Positions 9,669-18,468 of a stretch of DNA of 64,000 nt are shown piece after piece. The DNA is taken from the IMG/VR virus record IMGVR_UViG_3300033170_000307; one strand, 5' to 3'. Position 1 is the stretch's first letter. Each line of letters starts with the position of its first letter. The notes under the pieces were generated by a model. That model saw only the letters and a program-made list of their open reading frames with translations. It made no database searches and had not been told where the DNA came from. This DNA comes from an uncultured virus (IMG/VR IMGVR_UViG_3300033170_000307). Taxonomy: Duplodnaviria; Heunggongvirae; Uroviricota; Caudoviricetes. The position numbers and the translations under genes are program-made.

Positions 9669-10132
9669 GTTTGCTGCTCCTCTCCACCGAAGATGCCCAG
9701 CTCCCTGCCATCCACGATGCTCCTAATCAGGGCCGACAAACCCCCCAGCGACTCCATCGTCTTCTGCTGGACTTCGGACAATTCGCCAATACGCTTGTAG
9801 AGCTCGCGGATGTGGGTTTCAGTCTGGGTGACCCTGGGGCCGACATCATCCACCTCGCGGTGCGATGACGCGGCAGACATGCGGGATAGATGCGCCGCCA
9901 TAGCATCCATAGCGAACGCGGGAACCGGCACGGGGCGGACAGCTTCCATGAATGGCTCGAAGGTCTCGCTCAGCCCCACGACAACAACGATGGGAGCATC
10001 CGACGCGGCGCCCAAGACGCCCTCGCGCAGGGCGGCCAACTCGTCACGAAGCGCGGCCTCTCGCTCCTTCGCCAGCCGCAGCTCTTCTCTGAGTTCGTCC
10101 TTGGTCTTCTGCTTCATCCTGCCGCGCGGCAT
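9647..10132 (-). CDS. Hypothetical coiled-coil protein (possibly the 5' half of a gene split by the mini element)
   Basis: 161-aa ORF in gene order; its stop codon lies inside the mini element. Confidence 0.6.
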   Translation of the reverse strand: MPRGRMKQKTKDELREELRLAKEREAALRDELAALREGVLGAASDAPIVVVVGLSETFEPFMEAVRPVPVPAFAMDAMAAHLSRMSAASSHREVDDVGPRVTQTETHIRELYKRIGELSEVQQKTMESLGGLSALIRSIVDGRELGIFGGEEQQTSTTVGP

Positions 10133-10377
10133 TAGGTCTGTCCTCTATCCAACTGGTTCTGGGCTTTCTCCGCCAGGCGGAACTGCATGTCCCTCAGCAT
10201 CTGGAAGCTCTCCTGAGCATGCTGAGGCATCAGCAGCATCGCCATCAGCGTCGCCCCCGCCTGCTCGCACAATGTCTCCAGGTCCTCCTGCTTGTACTGG
10301 TTGAAACCAGGTGCTGACGCCACGAATCCCAGTCGCCAGTGTGTTCCTTTGACCTGGACCTGAATGAGGTCTGCCAA
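10132..10377 (-). CDS. Hypothetical protein
   Basis: GAGGTG RBS 7 nt before TTG 10377; stop overlaps the next ATG (TAATG). Confidence 0.5.
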   Translation of the reverse strand: MADLIQVQVKGTHWRLGFVASAPGFNQYKQEDLETLCEQAGATLMAMLLMPQHAQESFQMLRDMQFRLAEKAQNQLDRGQT

Positions 10378-10834
10378 TGCCAATCACCTCGATAAGCCGC
10401 TCTGCTTCGATACGCCCCGCTTCAGGTATTGCTCCCGCCATGTAGGCGAACCGCAACTCCTGCTCGAAGTTGCTACCCTTCGGATGTAGTATCTGGACAA
10501 CCTTGCGCCAGCTCCACTCCCGGCCGTCCAAAGACTCGATGGCCGGCAGGCCAACAAACCAGTTCGGAGGAGCTGAAGAAAGAACAGCCGTGAGGGCGCG
10601 CTTCAAACCAGAGCCTATGCCGCGCTGCTGGCTCACCCGCTCGATGAAGCTCACGAACTCCTGGGGTGTAGCCAGGGCATGAATCAAAAGGGCGTAGGCA
10701 CTCTCCGGGTTGCTGACAGCCAAGGTCACCAGCGCATCTACCCGGTCGGTCGCGCTGCTATTGGACAGTCTCTCCAGAAATCTGTCGAACTCTTCAGAGT
10801 TCGCGCTACCAATGCCTACGCCCATTATGTTCAC
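10145..10834 (-). CDS. Short divergent TROVE/Ro60-like helical domain protein lacking a vWA domain
   Basis: ATPQEFVSFI...RGIGSGLKRAL...EWSWRKVVQILHPK resembles the Ro60 segment (TPT.LF.F...GWG.GL.RA...GW.HRD.LRL.HPK). The 3' part overlaps the 10132-10377 ORF in another frame. Confidence 0.5.
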   Translation of the reverse strand: MNIMGVGIGSANSEEFDRFLERLSNSSATDRVDALVTLAVSNPESAYALLIHALATPQEFVSFIERVSQQRGIGSGLKRALTAVLSSAPPNWFVGLPAIESLDGREWSWRKVVQILHPKGSNFEQELRFAYMAGAIPEAGRIEAERLIEVIGIGRPHSGPGQRNTLATGIRGVSTWFQPVQAGGPGDIVRAGGGDADGDAADASACSGELPDAEGHAVPPGGESPEPVG

Positions 10835-10849
10835 CGCGAGGCGGGTTTG

Positions 10850-11071
10850 CTACCCGCCGTCTTCCTCGTCTTCGCCGTAGCTGAAGATGCTGTCGGGGAT
10901 GGCGGCCGCCGCCAGTTCGAGCTGCTCCTTGGTGCCGGTCAGCACGATGGTGACCTTCACCACGTCAATGCCGTCCTTGTCCTTCTTCTGCTCCAGGTTG
11001 GTCTTCTCAACGACCAGCCCGAGACGCTCAACGCTGAATTGCCGGATAGCCTGCCTAATCTTTTCCCACAT
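10850..11071 (-). CDS. Small hypothetical protein
   Basis: 73-aa ORF with GGAG RBS and an acidic tail, in gene order. Confidence 0.6.
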   Translation of the reverse strand: MWEKIRQAIRQFSVERLGLVVEKTNLEQKKDKDGIDVVKVTIVLTGTKEQLELAAAAIPDSIFSYGEDEEDGG

Positions 11072-11104
11072 GGTCCTTGTTCTCCGTTCCTTGAGGAGTG
11101 ATGG

Positions 11105-12283
11105 TTACGACTTGCGCCGGCCGCCGCCGCTGCCCTTGCGCAGCTTGGGGGTAAGCGCTTTCGATGTGAGCCACGACGAAGTGGCTTTCATCCGTTGGGC
11201 CGTCTTGATGGTGTCCTCCAGTCCTGGCAGGTGCGCCGCGTGACGCTCCAGCAGTTCATCGAGAGCCGAAGCCCCGAACGACATGGCCGCCAGGATTTCC
11301 TCCATGGGCACGCCGTAGTTCTGCAGGATGTTGAACGCGATGCGCGTGTCGGTGTCTCGCGTCACCCGCTGGGTCGTGGAGTATACCCGCTCGCCAACCG
11401 TCTGTTCGCCAACGCCGGCCGCCTCCATCTGAGCAATGAGCTGCTCCTGGAGCCCCTTCTTCTCCTTCTCGGAGGTGGAGCTGATTTCGGCAAAGCGCTC
11501 GTAGCGAGCGAAGGCCGCTGCCGGGTCGGTGGTGGGCTGCTCCAGCAGGGCGCGCAGCCGCTCGTCCAGCTTCATGTACTCCTCGCACTCGTGCTTCACG
11601 TGGCAGTACACACAGTAGCGGTTGATGCGCGGGGCGAACTGGCCAGCCTCGATGCGGTCCACGACACCCCGCAGGTACTCGTAGAGCCGGGGTACCAACT
11701 CGTCTTCCCCGCCCTGCGTCACCTTCTTGCCGGTGCGCAGGTAGAGCAGACTGGTGATGACGTTGGGGAATTGGGGCCAGAGCCCGCGCGCGGCCACGTA
11801 GTACATGGCCAACTGCAGGTCGCTTTCCATTTCCCAAGACGACTTCGGGTTGAGACCCGTCTTGTAGTCAATGACCTCGATGGTGTCGTCCGAGATGCGG
11901 TCCACCCGGTCAATGAAGCCCGTGATGTTCACATCCCCGAAGGGGAACGCAAAGGACTGCTCGGTCGCGAGCAGTCGGTTGTGGTCCACCGTCTCCGCAC
12001 CAATCTTGACCATCTTCTGGCAGGCCGCGAAGTCGCCGAACTCGATGATGTCGTTGGCGGCCATGGACTGGTTGAGGCAGTTCTCGATGGTCTCCTGTCC
12101 CTTGGCCTTGGTGAAGCGCTCCATGGCGCCATGGCAGACGGTTCCAATCATCATGGCGGCCGTCGCCGACTCCCTCTTGCCTTCCCTGTAGCGCCGGTAC
12201 CACTTCAGGGGGCACTGGATGTATGTCTGTACCCCGGTTGGTGATAGGGCGCCGTCGAACTTCTCGTAATCAGCAGTTGCCAT
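11105..12283 (-). CDS. PD-(D/E)XK RecB/Cas4-like exonuclease
   Basis: LSPT..QTYIQCP, GFIDRVD, IDYKTG, QLAMY and CVYC....EC (four-Cys cluster). Confidence 0.9.
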   Translation of the reverse strand: MATADYEKFDGALSPTGVQTYIQCPLKWYRRYREGKRESATAAMMIGTVCHGAMERFTKAKGQETIENCLNQSMAANDIIEFGDFAACQKMVKIGAETVDHNRLLATEQSFAFPFGDVNITGFIDRVDRISDDTIEVIDYKTGLNPKSSWEMESDLQLAMYYVAARGLWPQFPNVITSLLYLRTGKKVTQGGEDELVPRLYEYLRGVVDRIEAGQFAPRINRYCVYCHVKHECEEYMKLDERLRALLEQPTTDPAAAFARYERFAEISSTSEKEKKGLQEQLIAQMEAAGVGEQTVGERVYSTTQRVTRDTDTRIAFNILQNYGVPMEEILAAMSFGASALDELLERHAAHLPGLEDTIKTAQRMKATSSWLTSKALTPKLRKGSGGGRRKS

Positions 12284-12284
12284 G

Positions 12285-12896
12285 TTAGAGTTCTCCGACC
12301 TGTGCTTTGACTTTGTTGCGAATGGCTCCCATGCGCTGTGAGACTTCGCGGGCAGAGATGCCCTTCATGGATGCGAAGTCTTTGTACGTCCCGCCGTCCA
12401 CCACCCAGTACAGGAGCTCTCGCTCTTCAGCATCCAGCACCCGGTCTACAGCGTTGTTCACTTGGGACGCCAGGATATTCGTTTGCCGGGAGGCGCTCTG
12501 GTCGCAGGGGACAGCCTGACAGGCTTCGTCCTTGGCCACGTCCATCACGAACTCCCGGTCGTTCTGTTTCCTGACAGCATCCACATAGTGCTGCCGTTTC
12601 CGGTTGATGCAGAAAGCGGCGCTTGCCCAAAAGAAGGGATTGTCCATGTTGTGGGTCATGGCTATTTCGTGCAGCCACATGATGACCCAGCTCTTGGCTT
12701 CCCCTTCGTCTTTGCCGCACAATATCATCTTGCGCGTCCAGAACCGTATGAACTTCTCACCCGTTTTCACGAGGCGACCGAACGCGTCGGCGGCTTGCTT
12801 CTTCTCTTCCTCGGTCTGCTCTTCTACGGGCTTGGAGTTCACACTCTTGATGGTCCGCAGAAGAACGGCGACCGCTTCATCCATCCTTTTGGGCAT
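12285..12896 (-). CDS. Sigma-70-family-like transcription factor
   Basis: 203 aa; region-2-like N-terminal helices and a region-4-like HTH (LDAEERELLYWVVDGGTYKDFASMKGISAREVSQRMGAIRNKV). Confidence 0.6.
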   Translation of the reverse strand: MPKRMDEAVAVLLRTIKSVNSKPVEEQTEEEKKQAADAFGRLVKTGEKFIRFWTRKMILCGKDEGEAKSWVIMWLHEIAMTHNMDNPFFWASAAFCINRKRQHYVDAVRKQNDREFVMDVAKDEACQAVPCDQSASRQTNILASQVNNAVDRVLDAEERELLYWVVDGGTYKDFASMKGISAREVSQRMGAIRNKVKAQVGEL

Positions 12897-12932
12897 TAGA
12901 CATCTTCGAAGCCTCCTGCTTGACGGCCGACC

Positions 12933-13862
12933 CTATCCCTGGGTAGCCTGGTCCAACTCAGGCGGATAGGGTACGGTGGGCACTCCCGCATTGGCGGGAG
13001 GAACGATTGGGCCAGTGGCCTGCGGCGGCGCGACCTGCGCCTTCTCGGGCATCGGGCTCTGCGGCTGCGGCGCTACCGGGGGCGGCACCACTTGGCCGGG
13101 AGCCACGGGGGCCGGGGCGGGCTGCGGCGCGGGTGCTTGGGCCGGGGCCGGGGCGGGCTGCGGCGCGGGAGCTTGGGCCGGGGCCGGGGCGGGCTGCGGC
13201 GCGGGAGCTTGGGCCGGGGCCGGGGCGGGCTGCGGCGCGTACTGCGGAGCCGGGGCCGGCTGCGGGGCGTACTGCGGAGCCGGGACCGGATGCGGGGCGT
13301 ACTGCGGAGCCGGGACCGGCTGCGGCGCGTACTGCGGAGCCGGGGCCGGCTGCGGCGCGTACTGCGGAGCCGGGGCCGGCTGCGGGGCATAGCCGGGCTG
13401 CGGGGCATAGCCGGGCTGCGGTGCATGCTGCTGCGCCTGGGCCTGCTTCATCTGCTGCTGGTAGGCGATGTCCTGCGGACTGACGGCCACGACGGAGCCA
13501 TTGGAATACTCCATCACGTTCTGCAGACCGAACTCGGGGTGGACGACGATGTTGGTGGCGCGCACTAGGGTGACGGTCTCGCTGTCCTGGCCTCCCACCT
13601 TGCCGAAGTCGAGCTCTCCCCAGACCTCAACGACCATGCCAATCTGCGGCTGTCCTTGCTGCAAGGCGGGCAGGGCCGCCGTGTCGGCGAACGAGTTGAT
13701 GAGGAAGTTGCGCGGCAGGGTGATGGGCTGGCCATTCTTCTGCCCGTAGCGCAGGGTGTTGAGGGTCATACTCCCGAACTTCTCCGACACGTTGACGCGG
13801 CGGATGACCCCCATGAGGTACACCTGGTTGGCGTAAATCTGCGGCTGCTGCTGTGCGTACAT
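12933..13862 (-). CDS. SSB-like OB-fold protein with Pro/Ala/Gln repeat tail
   Basis: NQVYLMGVI start and G.VVEVWGEL OB-fold pattern; low-complexity tail; located in the replication module. Confidence 0.55.
   Translation of the reverse strand: MYAQQQPQIYANQVYLMGVIRRVNVSEKFGSMTLNTLRYGQKNGQPITLPRNFLINSFADTAALPALQQGQPQIGMVVEVWGELDFGKVGGQDSETVTLVRATNIVVHPEFGLQNVMEYSNGSVVAVSPQDIAYQQQMKQAQAQQHAPQPGYAPQPGYAPQPAPAPQYAPQPAPAPQYAPQPVPAPQYAPHPVPAPQYAPQPAPAPQYAPQPAPAPAQAPAPQPAPAPAQAPAPQPAPAPAQAPAPQPAPAPVAPGQVVPPPVAPQPQSPMPEKAQVAPPQATGPIVPPANAGVPTVPYPPELDQATQG
13110..13420 (-). repeat. Coding tandem repeats: PQPGYA x2 (18 bp), PQPAPAPQYA-type x5 (30 bp), PQPAPAPAQAPA x3 (36 bp)
   Basis: Visible in both the DNA and the translation. 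Confidence 0.9.
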
Positions 13863-13903
13863 GTCCTACCTCCGTGTGTTGGTTCTATCTGACCGCGCTT
13901 CGC

Positions 13904-15175
13904 TCAGCGAAGCCGGCCGTATAGCAGTTCCCGAATCTGTCCGACCGTCTCAATGTGCAGTCTCTGGTCGGCTGTCGTCTGTGCATCAAGCGCCTGTTCC
14001 ATGTGGAAGTCTGAGTCCAGCAGAAGCTGCATCAGGCGAGCTTCCATCATGTGCGGCGGGATGCCGTCGAAGCGTGCGGCTGTCACGAGCGCCCCAGCGT
14101 ATCTGAACGCCCAGCCAGCGGGGGCTTTGGGGCAGTTGGGGTTGCCCGCGATGTTGCACCCCATGTTGGCGCACGTGGGCGGGCCGTTCCAGTGAATCAC
14201 CTCCTGCACTTTGTTCCGAGAGTTGCTTTCATCGAAGTTCCAAGGGTCGAACTTCGGGGCCTGCTCGGAGACCCGTTTCCACTCTGCGGCGCCAATCTGA
14301 CCGCAGGCTTTGACCAGGTTGGCTCCGAAGCTCAGCCAGAGCTGGTAGTCCTCCAGTTCGTTGAGGTCTCCCATGGTGTTGCTGCGACCGGCCAAGCTGG
14401 CCATGCGCGGGCAGTTCTTGAAAAAGAAGTCAAGAGCGCCTGGTGCCGGCACAGGAAGAATGTGGGTAGCGTCTACGTCCTTGTGCTTGTAGCGCTCGCG
14501 GAGCGCCTCCACGAAGGGCCAGAAGTTCGGGCTCTCGTGCCGCTTGGGCGGGAAGAGCCAGAAGCTCATTTTGGCCCAGCGAGCATCGAGGCCGGCCTCG
14601 CTGTCGGCGTAGCGGCCCTTGATGTTGCGGGTCCCAATGACCCGGATGATGCGGGCGATGTCGGCCGTCACCTGCACGTCTACCTTGACCGGGAAGTCGG
14701 CGACCTTCTCGGCCAGATAGAGCCCGAGCTTGCGCAGAGCCAACCGGAGCGACTGGCGCTCCGCCGTGTCTCCGGGCGGGATGCGGGGCGTGCAGAACCA
14801 CACGTAGGCGCCGTTGCCGCTGCAGGCCACCAATGGGTACTCATGGATATTCTCGGCGATGGAGTACCGCGCGATGGTCTCGGCGGCCGCGATGGCCCAC
14901 TTGGTGCCCTCGTTGCCGGCCAGTTGCGGGTCAATGTCAATCAGGACGCTGCCGATGGACATGACCCCGTTGGCGCCAGCCGAGACGCGCTCGTTGCAGC
15001 CCACGTAGATGTGCCAGTCTTCGCCGGCCTCCGCGCAAGCGCGCACGAACTCTTCCTCTCCCTGGACATCCAGCATCTGGGGGCGGCGCTCGCCTTTGGG
15101 GTCCAGCATGCGGATGTGGGTGCCAATCTTGTGGCCCAGTATGCTGTACGTCTGTCGCACGGCCTGCTCGTTCAT
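13904..15175 (-). CDS. AEP/RepB'-like primase with C-terminal Cys-containing domain
   Basis: LIDID, SGNGAYVWF, DIARIIRVIGTRNIK; C-terminal PPTCANMGC..C; adjacent to the helicase. Confidence 0.7.
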   Translation of the reverse strand: MNEQAVRQTYSILGHKIGTHIRMLDPKGERRPQMLDVQGEEEFVRACAEAGEDWHIYVGCNERVSAGANGVMSIGSVLIDIDPQLAGNEGTKWAIAAAETIARYSIAENIHEYPLVACSGNGAYVWFCTPRIPPGDTAERQSLRLALRKLGLYLAEKVADFPVKVDVQVTADIARIIRVIGTRNIKGRYADSEAGLDARWAKMSFWLFPPKRHESPNFWPFVEALRERYKHKDVDATHILPVPAPGALDFFFKNCPRMASLAGRSNTMGDLNELEDYQLWLSFGANLVKACGQIGAAEWKRVSEQAPKFDPWNFDESNSRNKVQEVIHWNGPPTCANMGCNIAGNPNCPKAPAGWAFRYAGALVTAARFDGIPPHMMEARLMQLLLDSDFHMEQALDAQTTADQRLHIETVGQIRELLYGRLR

Positions 15176-15181
15176 GAGGCT

Positions 15182-16669
15182 TTACCCTCCCGACGAAATG
15201 ACGGCCCCACCCATGGGCGGCAGTGAAGCGGTTGCTCCACCAGCGACAACCACCTTGTCGCCCTGGCTTTCCGGGTACGGGATGTAGCAATGGTTCTGGC
15301 GAGAGAAGAGAAGCCGGAACCGGCTGTCCTTGCTGACCCCGCGCCCACGCGCCTTGGTGATGATGCCCTCGGAGTAGTCCACCTGACCACCCGTGTAGTA
15401 GTCGGTACGGTACAACTGCGTCACGCTGTAGGCCGCCTTCTCAATGGCGGAGGCGCCGGCCAAGTCGGCGACAGTGGGGGTCTTATCTACCCGCTTCCAC
15501 TTGTCCCGGTTCTCCTGGGCTGCACAGTTGATGATGCAGTTCAGGCGGAGCGCCTGCTGTTCCAGCGCGTAGATGATGGTCTCCAGCTCGTCGTGCCGCT
15601 GCCCGCGCGCGTTGCGGTGCTTGATGCGGTTGATGGTGTCTATCATGAAGATGCGGTAGCCCTGGCGGTAGCGCGTCTCAATGATGGTCTGCACTTCCTC
15701 CAGCTCGAACGCCATGTGGTGGATGACATCGAAGATGTTCCGGGTCGCCAGTTGGACCATGTACTCGGCGAACATCTTGCGGGTCTCGTCCCACTTGGCC
15801 AAGGAGGTGTTGCGGTCTATGCCGTCCGCCTCGAACCGCTTTATCCAGTCCCATTTCTGGTAGGGGCTGATGTTCATGACAGCGGCGAACATGTCTTCTA
15901 CGAACTCTCGCTCCGAAATCTCGAAGTTGAAGTAGCAGGTGGGATAGTTGAATCCAAAGCACTGCTGTTTCAGCAGAGACCGGAGCAGTGTTGACTTACC
16001 GTGACCTGCCGGGGCAGACATGAAGTGGATGCTCCCGAGCGGCTGGCCGGTCTTGGCTCCCGACTTCGTGATGAGGCGGTCCCAGTCGGGGAAGCCGGTC
16101 GTCACGAACTCTCCGTCCAGGTCCCCGATGGTAGCCGACAGGATGGGCCAGCGCTCGGCCGGTGTACCCTGCACCAGGGTGTTGAGAGAGCGCGCCTCGA
16201 TGACGAGCTTTTCGAGCGGGCCCACCAGCTTGTCGAGACCCACATCCCCCTGCTCAAAGCCCGTGACCAGGGTCGAGACTTCAGGCAGGGTGGACTTCAG
16301 GCTCTCATAGCGCTCGTACTGCTTGAAGCGAGAAATCAGTGCCCTGAACTCTGCGCGATGGACGTGGGAGCCAGCGTGCATAATCTGGCGCCAGAAGTTC
16401 AGAGAGTGCGCCTCGGTCTGCTGCAGTATCTGGCCCACGACGGCGACGAACGACGCGCGGTGGGCGACCTCGCTGAGAAGAGGTTGGCGGTCCTGCTGCT
16501 GAAGACGGCAGACCAACTGGTACAGCGCCTGATACAGTGGCTCAACAAAGGCCAGGTTGGTCAGCTTAGCTTCTGCAAGTTGCTCCGCCGCTCCCTCAAG
16601 GAGAAAGGCTGCCGCTATGAGTGCTTGTTGTTCTTCACGACTAGGTGGTGTGAAAGCGGACTGCGCCAT
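15182..16669 (-). CDS. DnaB-like (SF4) replicative helicase
   Basis: TTGFPDWD, Walker A APAGHGKST, FNFEIS, MIDTI, AAQENR, DLAGASAIE, KARG. Confidence 0.85.
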   Translation of the reverse strand: MAQSAFTPPSREEQQALIAAAFLLEGAAEQLAEAKLTNLAFVEPLYQALYQLVCRLQQQDRQPLLSEVAHRASFVAVVGQILQQTEAHSLNFWRQIMHAGSHVHRAEFRALISRFKQYERYESLKSTLPEVSTLVTGFEQGDVGLDKLVGPLEKLVIEARSLNTLVQGTPAERWPILSATIGDLDGEFVTTGFPDWDRLITKSGAKTGQPLGSIHFMSAPAGHGKSTLLRSLLKQQCFGFNYPTCYFNFEISEREFVEDMFAAVMNISPYQKWDWIKRFEADGIDRNTSLAKWDETRKMFAEYMVQLATRNIFDVIHHMAFELEEVQTIIETRYRQGYRIFMIDTINRIKHRNARGQRHDELETIIYALEQQALRLNCIINCAAQENRDKWKRVDKTPTVADLAGASAIEKAAYSVTQLYRTDYYTGGQVDYSEGIITKARGRGVSKDSRFRLLFSRQNHCYIPYPESQGDKVVVAGGATASLPPMGGAVISSGG

Positions 16670-17756
16670 TAAGCAACTCCATGAGACCCACGGGGGCCTC
16701 GTTCGCAAGTAGGTTGATGCGCTCCTTAACCTTGTTGTGAGCGATGACCCAAGGGTTCTCCCCGTACAGTTCGTAGGCCACGCGAGGAATCATGTGGGCG
16801 GAGGGGAACTGCCCCTTGTCCTCCATGTGGCCGACGATGTTCTCCATGGCCGCCCCGCCGTACAGCCGGCAGTAGGCGACGAATGTGGCTGTCTGAACGT
16901 GCACGTTGTGCGTGCGACAAAGGTCACACCAGCTCTTGACGACCGTCAGGTAGGTGGAAGAGAACAGGTTGGTGATGTAGGGCTGGGACACGTCAACATC
17001 CACCTTGCCGGCAATGATGACTGACGATTCCTCGGGGGCATCCGTGACTTCGATGATGCCCGTCGCCCAGCGCTCGCAGACGTAGATGCCGAACGCTTGC
17101 TGGTAGGCCGTCTTCAGGAAGTACCGTTCTTCCTCCCCGGTTCTCACCAGAGAGCTCCCGCCACCATCAAGACCTTCGATGTAAGCGATGGCGTCCATCA
17201 GGTTGCGGGGGGACTTGATGCAAAGAGAGTGACAGAGCCGGGCTTCCAACCAGGGCGGGCCCAGCCCATCCAGGACTTCAACGCCGCCGCGCTTGGCTTT
17301 GTCTCGCACGAGTTGCAGCAGCGCGCCCAGTAGTTCGTACTGGCTGTAGGTGGCGCTGATGATGCTGCGCGCGTCGTCGGGTTTGGGTTCTGAGAGGACC
17401 AGGGCGCCAGTCGGTGCCTGGGAGGCAGCAGCGCTGACGGACGCCGTGAACGCCGCCGCCCAACGCGCGATGAGGTCGCGCAGGGAGGTCTTGCTATAGG
17501 TGTGGAGGCCACTGGTAGGAGCGAGCCTTTCCAGAAACGCCACCACGTACTCTTCACCGTGGGCTTCAAGCGCGGTGGCTAGAGGGGCCATGAGCTTGTC
17601 CAGCCCTCGGTTGAAACCGGCTTCCACTACTTCTTCCCACGAATCTGGCCCTTGCCCACTGAGTTCCTTGAGAACCCGATGGGCGTTCCAGAAGACTTGC
17701 CGTCGTGGGCTGTTGTTAGGGCCGCCGAAGAATGTTGCTTCGTCGCGTGTCTGCAT
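16641..17756 (-). CDS. Hypothetical protein (replication module)
   Basis: 371-aa ORF in gene order; no motif recognised. Confidence 0.65.
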   Translation of the reverse strand: MQTRDEATFFGGPNNSPRRQVFWNAHRVLKELSGQGPDSWEEVVEAGFNRGLDKLMAPLATALEAHGEEYVVAFLERLAPTSGLHTYSKTSLRDLIARWAAAFTASVSAAASQAPTGALVLSEPKPDDARSIISATYSQYELLGALLQLVRDKAKRGGVEVLDGLGPPWLEARLCHSLCIKSPRNLMDAIAYIEGLDGGGSSLVRTGEEERYFLKTAYQQAFGIYVCERWATGIIEVTDAPEESSVIIAGKVDVDVSQPYITNLFSSTYLTVVKSWCDLCRTHNVHVQTATFVAYCRLYGGAAMENIVGHMEDKGQFPSAHMIPRVAYELYGENPWVIAHNKVKERINLLANEAPVGLMELLNGAVRFHTT

Positions 17757-17757
17757 T

Positions 17758-18468
17758 CTATGCTATCTCTCGCCGGATAAGGACCCCCGCACTTCTCAGC
17801 AAACGTGTGCCTTCTATGCTGAGACGACGACAGTCAACTGCGATGGGGTCGAATATAACACGGGGGGCGCTTCTTGTGCAAGCACTTTTTGTTTCTTGCA
17901 GAAACTTCAACCAAGAAGCCTTCGCCTGCTGCCTTGCCTTCTCCAAGAAAACCGGGTACTCTACCGGGAAGACCGGGGTCTCCCAGACCATCGCCGTGAG
18001 CTTGGCCCAGGGGCCCACCATCCAAACCTCGCCGTCCGGCTGCCAGCCTTTGGTGCAGGCCGTCACCGCTTCGTAGATACAGCCCCAGACGGCCCGCCAT
18101 GCCATCCTGGCGGCCAGGTGTTCGTCTGGCATCCCGAGCGCTTGGCAAAGCGGGCTGTAGACGGTGCCGGCCGGCTGCTGTAAGAGGAGCTCACCCAAAG
18201 CCGGGTAGTGCGCGCATGGGGTCTCCCCCAGTTGAGCTTTGGCTAACAGACAGAAAGGTGGCCGCGCCATACGCATGTCGGATACCTCTCCGACCCTATC
18301 GCGACGCAGCGCACGGAGCTTCGCCAGGTCGCCCCTTCCTACCGGCACAAAGAGCGGCTCCTGGTTTGCCTGCAGGGAGACCACGTGCCACGCCAAGGCC
18401 TCCCCGTGTTCGGGGTCGGAAAGGGCGACCGCCGCCATTGCCGCCAGTTGCGCATCAAACTCAGTCAT
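17758..18468 (-). CDS. Hypothetical protein
   Basis: 236-aa ORF abutting its neighbours. Confidence 0.6.
   Translation of the reverse strand: MTEFDAQLAAMAAVALSDPEHGEALAWHVVSLQANQEPLFVPVGRGDLAKLRALRRDRVGEVSDMRMARPPFCLLAKAQLGETPCAHYPALGELLLQQPAGTVYSPLCQALGMPDEHLAARMAWRAVWGCIYEAVTACTKGWQPDGEVWMVGPWAKLTAMVWETPVFPVEYPVFLEKARQQAKASWLKFLQETKSACTRSAPRVIFDPIAVDCRRLSIEGTRLLRSAGVLIRREIA

Noticed and set aside
11105..12283. Cas4 of a CRISPR system
   Set aside because: No cas1/cas2 or array; context is a phage replication/recombination module.
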